A stretch of 61,987 nucleotides of DNA. It comes from an uncultured Desulfurococcaceae archaeon. GTDB lineage: Archaea > Thermoproteota > Thermoprotei_A > Sulfolobales > Ignisphaeraceae. Position numbers and translations under genes: made by a program. Numbering within the stretch: position 1 is the stretch's first letter; every line of letters starts with the position of its first letter. The DNA is taken from assembly GCA_964598805.1 (NCBI GenBank), contig CAZRDH010000071.1, forward strand, positions 1 through 61,987, in the 5' to 3' direction. The notes under the pieces are model-generated. The model did no database searches. It was not told the origin of the DNA and worked only from the letters and a program-made list of their open reading frames with translations. This document shows positions 9,622 to 19,030 of the stretch, piece after piece.

Positions 9622-11316
9622 CTATAAAAGGTGTACCGCTCGAAGTACCGCGTACATAGCGCCAAAGACGTTGAATAGTATGGTCCACAACTTGATCCCC
9701 CCAAGCATTACGTCGCCAACGCTTTCCGCTACCCTAAGCATCCTAAACGCGTTATCGCCTAGAACCCGGGTCCTAATGCTCATCCTAGCGTAGCGCGCGA
9801 TAGCCGGAGCTAGGTTGTTGAGGGCCCTCCTCGCGGCTCTCACTATAGCGTCTACGAGGGGCTGCGCGAGTTCGACTGCATAGTACGGCGCGTCGAAGGT
9901 AGTCGCCGTACACAGGTGGTCGTCGGCCGTAATCACCTCCGCATCGTCGAAGCCTAGCTCCACGAGCGCTTTCCTAAGGCTCTCCCTAACGCCTACATCC
10001 GCGTTGTTCCCGTATATGTACACAACTCCAAGCCTCTTGCCATCGCATTGAAGCGCGAGCACCTTTACTCGAGGGCTGCAGAGCCCCCTTACGTGCCCCT
10101 TAACCTCCTCGGTAGCTATAGAGGCCTTAAACTCGCTACACGGCTTCGAGGTCTTGCTCAGTGCTTCGCGCAGTAGCTTGGTGAAGCTACTAGCGTTCAT
10201 CTCCCTAGGCCCCTCGAGGTTGTGACAATCCACGATCGCGACATCGACGCCGAGGTACCTGCGAGCCATCTCCTCGGCGAGCTTCTGAACGTCCTCGGGC
10301 AGGTCGTCTCCGCCAGTAAGCGGGCTGCTTATCGCGACTATGTAGAGGCGGCTAGTGGGTATGACCAGCGCTTCGCGCCTACCGTCGCTAACCCTAAACG
10401 GCTCGAAGACCTCGACTCGCGGATGGCTATCGCTCGCTAGGAACTTAGCGATCGTCGATGCGACCCTCCTAGACTCTTCGGAAGTCACTATGTCTAGCTC
10501 GTGGCTACCAGCACCGTGGAGCACCAGCGCTTCGTATCCCGCGCGCCGGAGCTCTTCGTCGAGCACGTGGGGGAACGGCGAGCTACCTAGCTCCCTAAAG
10601 GGCCCGAAGTGGACTCCGGGAACGATTACCGCAGCCCTCTGCTTACCGCAGTCGATTAGCAGGGCTCTAGCGCTAACCTCGCGCTCAACTCCGCACTTCT
10701 CGAAGAGCGACTCTAGGTCGCTAGGATCCCGAACAAGGATGAACTTCGCCCACGCGTTAGCTAGGCCCAGCACGTCGATGCCGTTGCCTATGTTCATACC
10801 CTTAAGCTTCCTCAGCATGGCGAGCGCGAATACCGTGGATCCGAAGACTATGAACTCCCTGATCGCGAGCCCTACGAGGCTGCATATGATGTGCACGGCG
10901 TAGAAGGCTAGCTGCGTAAACGCTGCTACGGCTACGCACACTACGAACCTCTTAGCGTTCCTAATGATGCCCTTGGCCACGAGGGTCGTTAGAAAGGGTA
11001 GGGACGCGAACGACACTCCGTATAGCCCAAAGACGTCGCAAACTATCTCGGCGGGCAAGCCCATGGTTATCGACGCAGCCGCTAGACCCACGCTCTTCTT
11101 GAAGTCGAAGTACGGTACCGCTAACCTCACTGCAATCACGTAGACGAGGCCTACGCTCGCATAGAGCGCGATAACCATCGGGTTCGCGCTCGTGGAGAAC
11201 GCTATCACCGCGTAGATCGCTAGGATCGCGCAGTACGCCGCTACTAACCCCTTCCCGCTCCTAGGGAAGTAGGAGAAAAGCGTATAGTACTGAAACGCTC
11301 TGCTATCCCCAGCCAT
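9622..11316 (-). CDS. Large polytopic membrane protein with a soluble C-terminal half (DUF2070-like, tentative)
   Basis: 564 aa with about 6 N-terminal TM helices, a soluble domain and a terminal TM helix. The family assignment is from memory only. Confidence 0.45.
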   Translation of the reverse strand: MAGDSRAFQYYTLFSYFPRSGKGLVAAYCAILAIYAVIAFSTSANPMVIALYASVGLVYVIAVRLAVPYFDFKKSVGLAAASITMGLPAEIVCDVFGLYGVSFASLPFLTTLVAKGIIRNAKRFVVCVAVAAFTQLAFYAVHIICSLVGLAIREFIVFGSTVFALAMLRKLKGMNIGNGIDVLGLANAWAKFILVRDPSDLESLFEKCGVEREVSARALLIDCGKQRAAVIVPGVHFGPFRELGSSPFPHVLDEELRRAGYEALVLHGAGSHELDIVTSEESRRVASTIAKFLASDSHPRVEVFEPFRVSDGRREALVIPTSRLYIVAISSPLTGGDDLPEDVQKLAEEMARRYLGVDVAIVDCHNLEGPREMNASSFTKLLREALSKTSKPCSEFKASIATEEVKGHVRGLCSPRVKVLALQCDGKRLGVVYIYGNNADVGVRESLRKALVELGFDDAEVITADDHLCTATTFDAPYYAVELAQPLVDAIVRAARRALNNLAPAIARYARMSIRTRVLGDNAFRMLRVAESVGDVMLGGIKLWTILFNVFGAMYAVLRAVHLL

Positions 11317-11325
11317 CTCTGATCT

Positions 11326-11670
11326 ATGCTAGGCTACGGGGGGAGGGTTAGAGAAAAGGGTTGCGGGGGTCGAGGCATGCTCAGCCCCTCCGAGGTTAGG
11401 GAGCACTTACTTAGCGCGGGAGCCTCGAAGGTCGTCGTGGTAAGCGAGGAACCCGAATGCATTTCCTTTCTACTCGAGTTCAGCGGGCGAAGATTCGTCG
11501 TAGGCGTTTACCAGGGAGAGCGCGCGCTATTCGCTAAGATAGCGCCAGAGCACGCGCCATTGACGTGCAGGGAGCTTCTACTCGAGCCGCGCGGGCTATA
11601 CGTGTTCTCGAACTCTCTTAGGGGGCTCTGCGAGGGAATAATTAGCAAAGCTAGGGTGCTCAAGGCTTGA
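11326..11670 (+). CDS. Hypothetical protein
   Basis: 114-aa ORF overlapping the next gene by 4 nt. The real start may be the internal MLSPSEV. Confidence 0.35.
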   Translation: MLGYGGRVREKGCGGRGMLSPSEVREHLLSAGASKVVVVSEEPECISFLLEFSGRRFVVGVYQGERALFAKIAPEHAPLTCRELLLEPRGLYVFSNSLRGLCEGIISKARVLKA

Positions 11671-12473
11671 CCACGATAAGCGAAATAGATTGCAGGCGCT
11701 TAAGGCTAATCGCAGAGCTCGTAGCCGTTAGGCTAGGGGATAAGCTCCTAGAGGCGTCTAAGAAGTTCGTTGGCGAGAAGCGCGGAGACTTCGTATGGAG
11801 CTTCGACATAGACATAGAGAAGAAAGCTATAGAGTTGATAAGGCTCCTCCTACCCAACTCCATCGTGATTACCGAGGAGAAGGGCGTGGTTAGGCTAAGC
11901 GACAACCCTAAGTACGCAGTGATCCTCGACCCCGTGGACGGAAGCAATAACTATGCCCACGACATTCCGTGGTTCTGCACCTGCGTAGCGATAGCCCCTA
12001 TCGATGCGCAGAGCCTCGACGATGTAGTCGCTAGCGCTATCTACGCCCCCGCGATCTCGAAGCTATTCTCGTACTCGCTAAGCGACGGCGCTTTAGTCGA
12101 TGGGAAGCCGTTTCAGCGCGCTAAGCCGATGAAGATCGTGTCGGCGTACTTCGATACCTCCTCGCAATTCGCAGTAATCGAGAGGTACTGCGAGCTCCGG
12201 GGCGGCGGGCTCAAGGTAAGGAGCTTGGGGAGCATAGCGCTCGAGCTAAGCTACGTTGCTTGGGGTAAGCTCGAGGGCGTCATAGATTTGAGGAAGAGGC
12301 TTAGGAACACAGATATCGCTGCTCCGTACCCAATACTAAAGAGCGTTGGCGCGGACATAGTGATTGAGAAGCCGATTCCCGCAACCGAATTCGTTCAGGG
12401 ATTCGAGTTCGCTGCTCTATACGATAGCGAACTCGGAGCGCTTTATAGAAAGGCTAGAGGGGTAGCAACGTAA
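11667..12473 (+). CDS. Inositol monophosphatase / FBPase family protein
   Basis: ITEEKG, DPVDGSNNY and TDIAAP are the IMPase signature motifs. Confidence 0.8.
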   Translation: MTTISEIDCRRLRLIAELVAVRLGDKLLEASKKFVGEKRGDFVWSFDIDIEKKAIELIRLLLPNSIVITEEKGVVRLSDNPKYAVILDPVDGSNNYAHDIPWFCTCVAIAPIDAQSLDDVVASAIYAPAISKLFSYSLSDGALVDGKPFQRAKPMKIVSAYFDTSSQFAVIERYCELRGGGLKVRSLGSIALELSYVAWGKLEGVIDLRKRLRNTDIAAPYPILKSVGADIVIEKPIPATEFVQGFEFAALYDSELGALYRKARGVAT

Positions 12474-13410
12474 AGCCTCTGCCCGGCTCTATCTCGACCC
12501 TAAAGGCGTGCCTCGCGTGGTTCGTCATCCTCATCTTCTTTATTATGAAGTACCTCCTAACCTCCTTAGCCCTCTCAACGTCGTCCATCCACAGGTGGAA
12601 CACGCCGTCGGCTATGTGCTCTAGCCCGAATCCGAAGGTGCTCTTGGTCGTCATCGCGTACTGGGACACTAGGTAGGCCGTAACGTTCTCCCTATGCGTA
12701 GCCACCTTCAGCTCGTAGCTGTACTTCCTAGCCATAGCGGGCTTGTCCGCCCAGAAAGCGCTTAGCGAGTCTATGACTAGCCTAACGTGGCGGTACGGAG
12801 CCTTGCTCTTCTCGCTCTTCAACACCCCTAGGATCCTGTAGGCTTCCCTAATCGCGGCTACGAGGGTCTGTATGTCTAGCGCCGCGAACCTCCTCTTCCT
12901 AACCGCCTCCGCATCCATGCTCGCTTCGCTCATCTGCCTAGCTATCTTGAGCAAGCCGAAGATGTCTATAACCACTATCTGCGGGGGCTCGCTAGGCTCC
13001 TCCCTAGACGATATGTCGTAGATCCTGTACCTCTCGAAGTCCATGCCGAACTGCTTAGCCTGCCTAACCACGTCCCTAAACTCCGCCTCGGTAGTTACGT
13101 ACACAACCGGGTCGCCAGCTTGGAGCCCAGCCCAAGCGAAGTGCATGCAGAGAATGGACTTCCCAGTTCCCGGCTCCCCGGTTACGGCAACCCAGCTACC
13201 CTTGGGAACCCCGCCCTCCAAAGCCTTGTCCAGCTCCGGAACCCCCGTCGAAATCCTAACGATGTCCCCGCCCGCCCTCCTCCTAGCAACTTGCTGAGCT
13301 ACTTGCTGGATCCTCCTAGCGCTGGGCCTCTCCACGCGCTCCGTCTCCCCCATGAGCTCCCTCTCGAGCTCCGCGATTTCCTCCTCGCTAATCTCGAGCT
13401 CCTCCTCCAT
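12454..13410 (-). CDS. KaiC/RecA-superfamily single-domain ATPase
   Basis: Walker A GEPGTGKS and Walker B VVIDIF, with an acidic coiled N-terminus. Confidence 0.7.
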   Translation of the reverse strand: MEEELEISEEEIAELERELMGETERVERPSARRIQQVAQQVARRRAGGDIVRISTGVPELDKALEGGVPKGSWVAVTGEPGTGKSILCMHFAWAGLQAGDPVVYVTTEAEFRDVVRQAKQFGMDFERYRIYDISSREEPSEPPQIVVIDIFGLLKIARQMSEASMDAEAVRKRRFAALDIQTLVAAIREAYRILGVLKSEKSKAPYRHVRLVIDSLSAFWADKPAMARKYSYELKVATHRENVTAYLVSQYAMTTKSTFGFGLEHIADGVFHLWMDDVERAKEVRRYFIIKKMRMTNHARHAFRVEIEPGRGFTLLPL

Positions 13411-13516
13411 ACCCTAACCCCTCCGCATTTCGCTAGAAGCCTTTTATCCCATTCGCAAATCCTTGACTACCTAGCTGCATAAAACTGCTTGGATTCGATA
13501 AGTAGTTGAAAAAGCC

Positions 13517-15226
13517 TTAGAATATCTCGGGAGCCCTCCACTCGCCCCAAACATCTCGTAGTGTAGCGGATATCTCTCCAAGCGTTGCGCCGCTCCTAAC
13601 AGCCTCCATAATCGCGGGAACGATGTTCTCATCCTCCTTCTCCGCTACCCTCCTAACGTTATCTAGGGCCCTCTCGACCTTCACCTTATCCCTCTTCTCG
13701 CGGTACTCCCTAAGCCTATTGATTACCCGCTCCCTAACGGCTGGATCGACCTTTAGAACCTCTATCTTCGGGACCTCCGGTTCGACGAAGATGTTAACGC
13801 CGACTATCAGCACCTCGCCCCTCTCGACCTTGAGCTGATACTCGTAAGCAGCCCTCGCGATTTCAGCCCTAGGCCACCCGCTCTCGACGGCCTTGGTCAT
13901 GCCACCCATTCTCTCTATCCTGTCGATGATCTTCCAAGCCTCTTCCTCTAGAGCGTCTGTTAGCCACTCAACGTAGTAGGCACCACCTAGGGGGTCTATG
14001 GTGTCCGCAACGCCCGTTTCGTAGAGTAGCACTTGCTGAACCCTAATCGACAACTTGACCGCTTCCTCCGTGGGTAGGCATAGAGCCTCGTCGTACGAAT
14101 TAACGTGTAGGCTCTGGGTCCCTCCAAGCACGGCGGCTAGGGCTTGTATAGTGGTTCTTATCAAGTTGACGAGGGGTTGCTGAGCCGTTAGCTGAACACC
14201 GGCTGTCTGCGTGTGGAACCTAAGCATCATGGACCTAGGCTTCTGCGCCCCGAACCATTCCTTCATTATCTTGGCCCACATCCTCCTAGCTGCTCTAAAC
14301 TTCGCTACCTGCTCGAAGAGATTCGTTCTAGCGGCGAAGAAGAAGCTCAGGCGGGGCGCGAAATCGTCAACGCTCTTAGGCCATCCCTGGACCTTACCCC
14401 TGTTGAGCACCCACCTAACGTACTCAATGCCGTCAGCGAGAGTAAACGCTATTTCCTGCGCGGGTGTAGCCCCCGCTTCCTCGAAGTGGTACCCCGATAT
14501 CGAGATGCTGTTCCACTTAGGCATTTCCTTAGCGCACCAAATGATGAGGTCCGTAGCGTAGCGCATCGATGGGTACGGCGGGTATATGTAGTTGTTCCTA
14601 GCTATGAACTCCTTCAGTATGTCGTTCTGCACGGTCCCTCCAAGCACGTGCCTTGGGATCCCCCTGCTCTCTGCTACGAGTACGTACATCGATAGGATCT
14701 CTATCGCCGTGGCGTTGATGGTCATGGACGTGGTTATCTTATCCATCGGTATGTCGCGGAAGATTATATCCATCTCGACGGGCGTTGGACACGAAACGCC
14801 TACCTTACCAACCTCGTAGTAAGCAAGGGGGTGATCAGGGTCTAAACCGAGCTGGGTCGGCAAGTCGAAAGCCATCGATAAGCCCGTTTGCCCTATGCTA
14901 AGCAGGTACTTGTACCTCTTATTCGTTTCCTCCGCCGAGCCGAATCCCGCGTACTGCCTAATGGTCCAAGGCCTACCCCGGTACATCGTTGGGTAGACTC
15001 CTCGAGTGAAGGGGTAGGCTCCTGGGAACCCCAGCTTCGATAGGTAATCCCATCCACGCTCGGCTAGGTCTAGCGGTGTGTAGAACCTCTTTATCTCGAA
15101 TCCTTGCTCTGTTAGGAACTTCTGCTTCCTCTCGGGCAGCTTCTTTAGGATTGGCTGAAGGACTTCCCGCTCCCACTCCTCGAGTTTCTCACGTAGCTTC
15201 TCCAAGTACTTTGGATCCCACATCAC
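13517..15226 (-). CDS. Methylmalonyl-CoA mutase, catalytic (N-terminal) subunit
   Basis: 569 aa with PFTRGVYPTMYRGRPWTIRQYAGFG and the TIQALAAVLGGTQSL MCM motifs. It sits in an operon with the epimerase and the B12-binding subunit. Confidence 0.9.
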   Translation of the reverse strand: MMWDPKYLEKLREKLEEWEREVLQPILKKLPERKQKFLTEQGFEIKRFYTPLDLAERGWDYLSKLGFPGAYPFTRGVYPTMYRGRPWTIRQYAGFGSAEETNKRYKYLLSIGQTGLSMAFDLPTQLGLDPDHPLAYYEVGKVGVSCPTPVEMDIIFRDIPMDKITTSMTINATAIEILSMYVLVAESRGIPRHVLGGTVQNDILKEFIARNNYIYPPYPSMRYATDLIIWCAKEMPKWNSISISGYHFEEAGATPAQEIAFTLADGIEYVRWVLNRGKVQGWPKSVDDFAPRLSFFFAARTNLFEQVAKFRAARRMWAKIMKEWFGAQKPRSMMLRFHTQTAGVQLTAQQPLVNLIRTTIQALAAVLGGTQSLHVNSYDEALCLPTEEAVKLSIRVQQVLLYETGVADTIDPLGGAYYVEWLTDALEEEAWKIIDRIERMGGMTKAVESGWPRAEIARAAYEYQLKVERGEVLIVGVNIFVEPEVPKIEVLKVDPAVRERVINRLREYREKRDKVKVERALDNVRRVAEKEDENIVPAIMEAVRSGATLGEISATLRDVWGEWRAPEIF

Positions 15227-15633
15227 TTCCCCACCTCCTCTACAAGCTCTAGAAGCACGCCGTGAAGCTCCTTCGGATGCACGAAGTTAATCCTGCGCTT
15301 TCCACCCGCAACCAACTTCGGCTCGGGGTACACGAGCTTGAACCCTTTTTGCGAAAGCTCCTTGCACGCCTCGTCAACGCTCTCTACAGCTATGGCTATG
15401 TGGTGAATGCCCTCGCCTCGCTTCTCAACGAATTTAGTAACTGCGCTCTCGGGATCCGTACCCTGGAGAACCTCGATCTTTGCATTGCCTAAGTCTATCA
15501 TCGCTATCCTAACCTTTTCCTCGGGAACTTCCTCGACTACGGGCTCGATCCCTAAAACCTCCTTGAACTTCCTAATCGCTTCGTCTAGGTTCTTAACGGC
15601 TATAGCTATGTGGTGAATGCCCTTAACCCTCAC
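15223..15633 (-). CDS. mce: Methylmalonyl-CoA epimerase (glyoxalase/VOC fold)
   Basis: Duplicated IHHIAIAV modules, 136 aa, with 4-nt overlaps to both MCM genes. Confidence 0.85.
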   Translation of the reverse strand: MRVKGIHHIAIAVKNLDEAIRKFKEVLGIEPVVEEVPEEKVRIAMIDLGNAKIEVLQGTDPESAVTKFVEKRGEGIHHIAIAVESVDEACKELSQKGFKLVYPEPKLVAGGKRRINFVHPKELHGVLLELVEEVGK

Positions 15634-16067
15634 CCTCTCCCACCCTCCTTCTTCTTCCTATACTCTTCCGCTAGCTTCGTGTAAACCTCAACGACCTTCG
15701 ACAAGGGGGTTCCCGGCCCCATCACCTCGACGACGCCTAGCTTCTTGAGCTCATCGTAATCCTGAGGAGGTATCACTCCCCCGACTATCACCGGCACGTC
15801 TAGCCCGTGCTCGCGAAGCTTCTTCATCAAGTCCGAGATGAGCTCTATGTGCGAGCCCGAGAGAATGCTTATCCCTATGACGTCTACGTCCTCCTCGATA
15901 GCCGTTCTAACGACGTTTTCGGGGGTTTGGTGAACTCCTAGGTAGACAACGTCTAGACCAGCGTCTCTAAGCGCTCGCGCAACTACCTTAGCCCCCCTAT
16001 CATGCCCATCGAGGCCGAGCTTAGCTACGAGAACCTTTAGTTTCCTCCTTTGTTGGAGCTGGGACAT
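15630..16067 (-). CDS. Methylmalonyl-CoA mutase, B12-binding (C-terminal) subunit
   Basis: [12 protein letters not shown] carries the DxHxxG cobalamin-binding motif. Length is 145 aa. Confidence 0.9.
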   Translation of the reverse strand: MSQLQQRRKLKVLVAKLGLDGHDRGAKVVARALRDAGLDVVYLGVHQTPENVVRTAIEEDVDVIGISILSGSHIELISDLMKKLREHGLDVPVIVGGVIPPQDYDELKKLGVVEVMGPGTPLSKVVEVYTKLAEEYRKKKEGGRG

Positions 16068-16103
16068 GATCGACTTCGCCAGCTATGTGAAGCTCTTAGC
16101 TAG

Positions 16104-16110
16104 ATATAAA
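16104..16110 (+). promoter_or_regulatory. TATA-like box for meaB in the divergent 75-bp intergenic region
   Basis: ATATAAA lies 33-39 nt upstream of the GTG start at 16143. Confidence 0.35.
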
Positions 16111-16142
16111 CGTTCCGTGCCCTATGGGTGTAGGGAAGGAAC

Positions 16143-17084
16143 GTGAGTGCACGAGCCGTAGTGTTAAAGGCTATCGAGTCGAAGGATAGAAAGCTCATTG
16201 CTAGGGCCTTAACGTTGATAGAGGAGGGTCTATTCCACGAATTCTCGGATCTGATATTCGGCGAGCCTCACGCGCACGTAGTCGGGATTACGGGTTCTCC
16301 CGGCGTCGGCAAGAGTAGCTTGATAAACAAGTTGATACAGTTTCTTCGCAAGCTCGGTAAGAGCGTTGCTGTAATAGCGATAGACCCTGCTAGCCCGATA
16401 AGCGGCGCCGCGTTGATGGGTGATAGAGTGAGGGTGAGGACTCTAGATAGCGAAACGTTCTTTCGAAGCATTAGCACGCCTCCGGAGAAGGCCCTTCCGT
16501 TACACGCTGTGTTAATGGTGGAGTTCCTAGATAGGCTAGGCTTCGACTACATACTCATAGAGACCCCGGGGATTGGGCAAGTTAACGTCGATGTAACTAG
16601 GATAGCCCACACAACCGTCGTCGTGCTCCAGCCTGCAGCGGGAGACGAAATTCAGGCGCTTAAAAGCGGGATCATGGAGGTAGGGGATGTCTATGTGGTT
16701 AACAAGGCGGATATGCCTCACGCCGAGATAGCGGCTCTTCAGCTAGAAGCGATATTTGGAGGGGTCAAGAGGGGTGGTTGGAGCGTTAGGATCATAAAGA
16801 CGTGCACCTTTAGTGGTCGAGGCGTTGACGAGCTCGTTAAGGTTCTAGAGGAGCGATTGAACTACCTAAGGGAGAGCAACGAGTTTATGCGACGAGTAGC
16901 AGAGAGGAGGTGGTTCATAGTTGAGAGGCTGGTTCTCGAAGGCATTATGGATGAGATTAGCGAGGTCCTGAACAAGGCTAGAGATGAGCTTTCGACGCGC
17001 AGCGATTTGAATCCTATCGAGTTAGGGCGAGAGCTTCGTGAAAGAGTTCTTGTACACCTATGCTCTAACGCAAAGCAGTTTTAG
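16143..17084 (+). CDS. meaB: MeaB/ArgK-type G3E GTPase (MCM chaperone)
   Basis: P-loop GSPGVGKSS, ETPGIGQ and NKAD motifs. It is divergent from the MCM operon. Confidence 0.85.
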   Translation: MSARAVVLKAIESKDRKLIARALTLIEEGLFHEFSDLIFGEPHAHVVGITGSPGVGKSSLINKLIQFLRKLGKSVAVIAIDPASPISGAALMGDRVRVRTLDSETFFRSISTPPEKALPLHAVLMVEFLDRLGFDYILIETPGIGQVNVDVTRIAHTTVVVLQPAAGDEIQALKSGIMEVGDVYVVNKADMPHAEIAALQLEAIFGGVKRGGWSVRIIKTCTFSGRGVDELVKVLEERLNYLRESNEFMRRVAERRWFIVERLVLEGIMDEISEVLNKARDELSTRSDLNPIELGRELRERVLVHLCSNAKQF

Positions 17085-17088
17085 CGGA

Positions 17089-17144
17089 TCAGGCGGCGGT
17101 TCCTCTAATCATCCCCGCGGTCATTCTGGTAGCCCAATCATCAC
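17089..17144 (-). ncRNA. Box C/D sRNA candidate
   Basis: GUGAUGA-UUGGGCUACCAGA-AUGA-CCGCGGGG-AUGAUUA-GAGGAACCGCCGC-CUGA. The terminal boxes are perfect and the internal ones degenerate. An A/T box (CTAAAACT) lies about 21 nt upstream. Confidence 0.5.
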
Positions 17145-17175
17145 CCTTAATAAGCAACGCTAGTTTTAGGGGCAC

Positions 17176-17658
17176 GTGGATAGGGTTAGAGGCCTGCTAA
17201 TTATTGGCGTGCTGATCCTTATAGGGTTCTTAGTGAATCACTTCGTGTTTCAAACGGGGTTTAGCGAAAAGCCCAAGCACAGCACGACCACGATATCCAT
17301 GGAGACTCCCCAGCTTGTTGTAACGCGTGTTAAGCTAGGTAACGTATCCGTAGTTAATTACTTCGCTGGCATCGTAACGCTAAACCCCTTAACTCCGTTC
17401 GTAAAGCCGCTCGTACTAAACGAGCCGCGCAGAGTCGTTATAGTTGTTCGCGGCGCCAACGCATCCTCGATAAGGATCTTCATAGCTATCGAGAGCGGTG
17501 GAAGCGTATCGATCGAGTCCCCTCAGCTGTATCGAGTTAGCGGTAGCGACCTCGTGTTTAGCTCGATGTTACCCCCTGGACTGGTCTCGGTGATCGTATT
17601 GAACGCTTCTAGCCACCCCCTAACGCTGGGCTTGGAGATAAGGGTTGAAGAAGCTTAA
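17176..17658 (+). CDS. Hypothetical secreted/membrane-anchored protein
   Basis: N-terminal TM/signal helix (LLIIGVLILIGFLV) followed by a beta-rich domain. Confidence 0.4.
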   Translation: MDRVRGLLIIGVLILIGFLVNHFVFQTGFSEKPKHSTTTISMETPQLVVTRVKLGNVSVVNYFAGIVTLNPLTPFVKPLVLNEPRRVVIVVRGANASSIRIFIAIESGGSVSIESPQLYRVSGSDLVFSSMLPPGLVSVIVLNASSHPLTLGLEIRVEEA

Positions 17659-17684
17659 CCGCATATCCGTAGCTAGGCGAAGGT

Positions 17685-18383
17685 ATGCGCGAGAAGCTCG
17701 TTGAGGCCGCTCGGGATCTACGCTACCTCCTAGACCGAGGCTATCGAAGGGAGAGAGTTCTAGACATAATCGTTGAGAGGTACATGCTTAACAGTAAGGA
17801 GAGGTCCGCCCTCTATAGGTGCATTCACTCGGCTAGCGAAGCGCTAGAGGTGGTGAGAAAGCTCGTTCTCACGTGTAAGCGCTTAGCGGTAGACCTATTC
17901 AACTGCTTGATAACCGCCATAGCCATCGTGAAGGGCGAGGAGGTTTACGTATGTGACGACTGTCTCGTTAGGGATGTCCGCGGGTCGAAGATTAGGAGAA
18001 GCGATGAGCCGTACCTACCCATAGCCATGGAGCTCGTCGCTAAAGCGATACACTTAGCTAGCCCTCTAAGCGTAGCGATTGTCGCCGAGAGGCAGGTTAG
18101 TAATAGCGCGGTGTACGCGCATACGCTAGCTAAATCCCTCGGCTTACATAGCCTCATAGCTATCGTTGATCGCGTCGATACCTACCTAACGGGGTTGTGC
18201 AGGGATGGATACGCGGTCGCGACGACGGATATAGTCGTCGTGCGCGAATGCGATTCCGTGTACCCGCTTACCTCCATAGTGCTAGCCCTAGCTAAACGCG
18301 TACCAACAATCGATTTCTCCATGGCCTTACGAAGCCCTTGCCCCGTACCCACCCTTACGCATCGTGGAAACGAGCTTGTATAA
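17685..18383 (+). CDS. Hypothetical protein (DUF434-like N-terminus, PIN-like C-terminal half; tentative)
   Basis: The helical N-terminus resembles archaeal DUF434. LAVDLFNCL ... VATTDIVVV resembles the first and last acidic PIN motifs. Confidence 0.35.
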   Translation: MREKLVEAARDLRYLLDRGYRRERVLDIIVERYMLNSKERSALYRCIHSASEALEVVRKLVLTCKRLAVDLFNCLITAIAIVKGEEVYVCDDCLVRDVRGSKIRRSDEPYLPIAMELVAKAIHLASPLSVAIVAERQVSNSAVYAHTLAKSLGLHSLIAIVDRVDTYLTGLCRDGYAVATTDIVVVRECDSVYPLTSIVLALAKRVPTIDFSMALRSPCPVPTLTHRGNELV

Positions 18384-18767
18384 AGCCCAGCAAGCTACTA
18401 CGAATGCCGTTGCTAAGGGTACGCTAATTTCGTACGCCGAGTAGTGATCGCATAGAGCTCTATACCCCTGAGCGCACGTAATTACGAAAACGAATGGCGG
18501 TATCAACTTCGTTTCGACGCCAACGAACCTCCAAGTCTCAACGAGTACGCCTGTATAGCTAGAGATTAGCAAGAGGGTCATGCACGCTATGCCTACGTGG
18601 GGGATTCTCTTGAGGGAGCTGACTATGTATAGCCCTATGGCTATGTACAGGAGCAGAAGGTGTAAAACGTTGATTTTCTCGACGACGCTAGTAGCCATAT
18701 CGATGCGAATACCCATCGCTGCAAGGGCGTAGACCCCCAGCGATAGGATTAGAAACGCTACGTACAC
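18327..18767 (-). CDS. Hypothetical 4-TM membrane protein (start moved to GTG 18767)
   Basis: The ORF track extends it to 18839. The first 24 codons coincide with a four-box C/D sRNA, and hydrophobic sequence begins right after the GTG at 18767. Confidence 0.4.
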   Translation of the reverse strand: MYVAFLILSLGVYALAAMGIRIDMATSVVEKINVLHLLLLYIAIGLYIVSSLKRIPHVGIACMTLLLISSYTGVLVETWRFVGVETKLIPPFVFVITCAQGYRALCDHYSAYEISVPLATAFVVACWALYKLVSTMRKGGYGARAS

Positions 18768-18772
18768 GACTT

Positions 18773-18839
18773 TCAGCAAAGGCTCGCGCTCATCACCTAC
18801 CCTACCCTCTCTATCCTCAGAGCCGGTCCACTTCATCAC
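18773..18839 (-). ncRNA. Box C/D sRNA candidate (long D'-C' spacer)
   Basis: GUGAUGA-AGUGGACCGGCU-CUGA-[20 nt]-GUGAUGA-GCGCGAGCCUUUG-CUGA. All four boxes are perfect. It begins 1 nt after the preceding sRNA. Confidence 0.45.
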
Positions 18840-18840
18840 C

Positions 18841-18895
18841 TCAGCAAAGGGGGAGGCTTCCTCACCCCCTTCGGATGGGGACAGCAGCTCATCAC
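18841..18895 (-). ncRNA. Box C/D sRNA candidate
   Basis: GUGAUGA-GCUGCUGUCCCCAU-CCGA-AGGGG-GUGAGGA-AGCCUCCCCCUUUG-CUGA. It lies 37 nt downstream of the tRNA on the same strand. Confidence 0.45.
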
Positions 18896-18932
18896 CTAGG
18901 TAGGTCGTGTAGTGATGCCGGGGAGAAAAGCT

Positions 18933-19009
18933 TGGTGGGCCCGCGGGGATTCGAACCCCGGACCACCCGGTTATGAGCCGGGCGCTCTACCGGGCTGAGC
19001 TACGGGCCC
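18933..19009 (-). tRNA. tRNA with CAU anticodon (elongator Met, or Ile2 if C34 is modified), genomically encoded CCA
   Basis: The reverse complement folds as a cloverleaf: GGGCCCG/CGGGCCC acceptor, GCUC/GAGC D stem, CCCGG-CUCAUAA-CCGGG anticodon arm, CGGGG-UUCGAAU-CCCCG T arm, then ACCA. Confidence 0.95.
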
Positions 19010-19030
19010 ACGAACTCCGTAGGATTCTGG

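Noticed and set aside
10355-10903. Long antisense 'shadow' ORFs. Examples are 10355-10903, 35604-36215, 41290-41838, 50180-50749, 50777-51385, 20324-20788, 7145-7540, 14213-14695, 53575-54066 and 29671-30057.
   Set aside because: Each lies opposite a gene with strong family motifs. Their translations are Ser/Thr/Leu/Arg-rich low-complexity sequence, typical of antisense frames in GC-moderate archaeal genes.
13517-17084. The methylmalonyl-CoA mutase/epimerase/MeaB cluster, together with TfrAB, as evidence for a specific autotrophic CO2-fixation cycle.
   Set aside because: These genes also serve propionate and amino-acid catabolism. The key cycle enzymes (4-hydroxybutyryl-CoA dehydratase, acetyl/propionyl-CoA carboxylase, PEP carboxylase) are not in the window.
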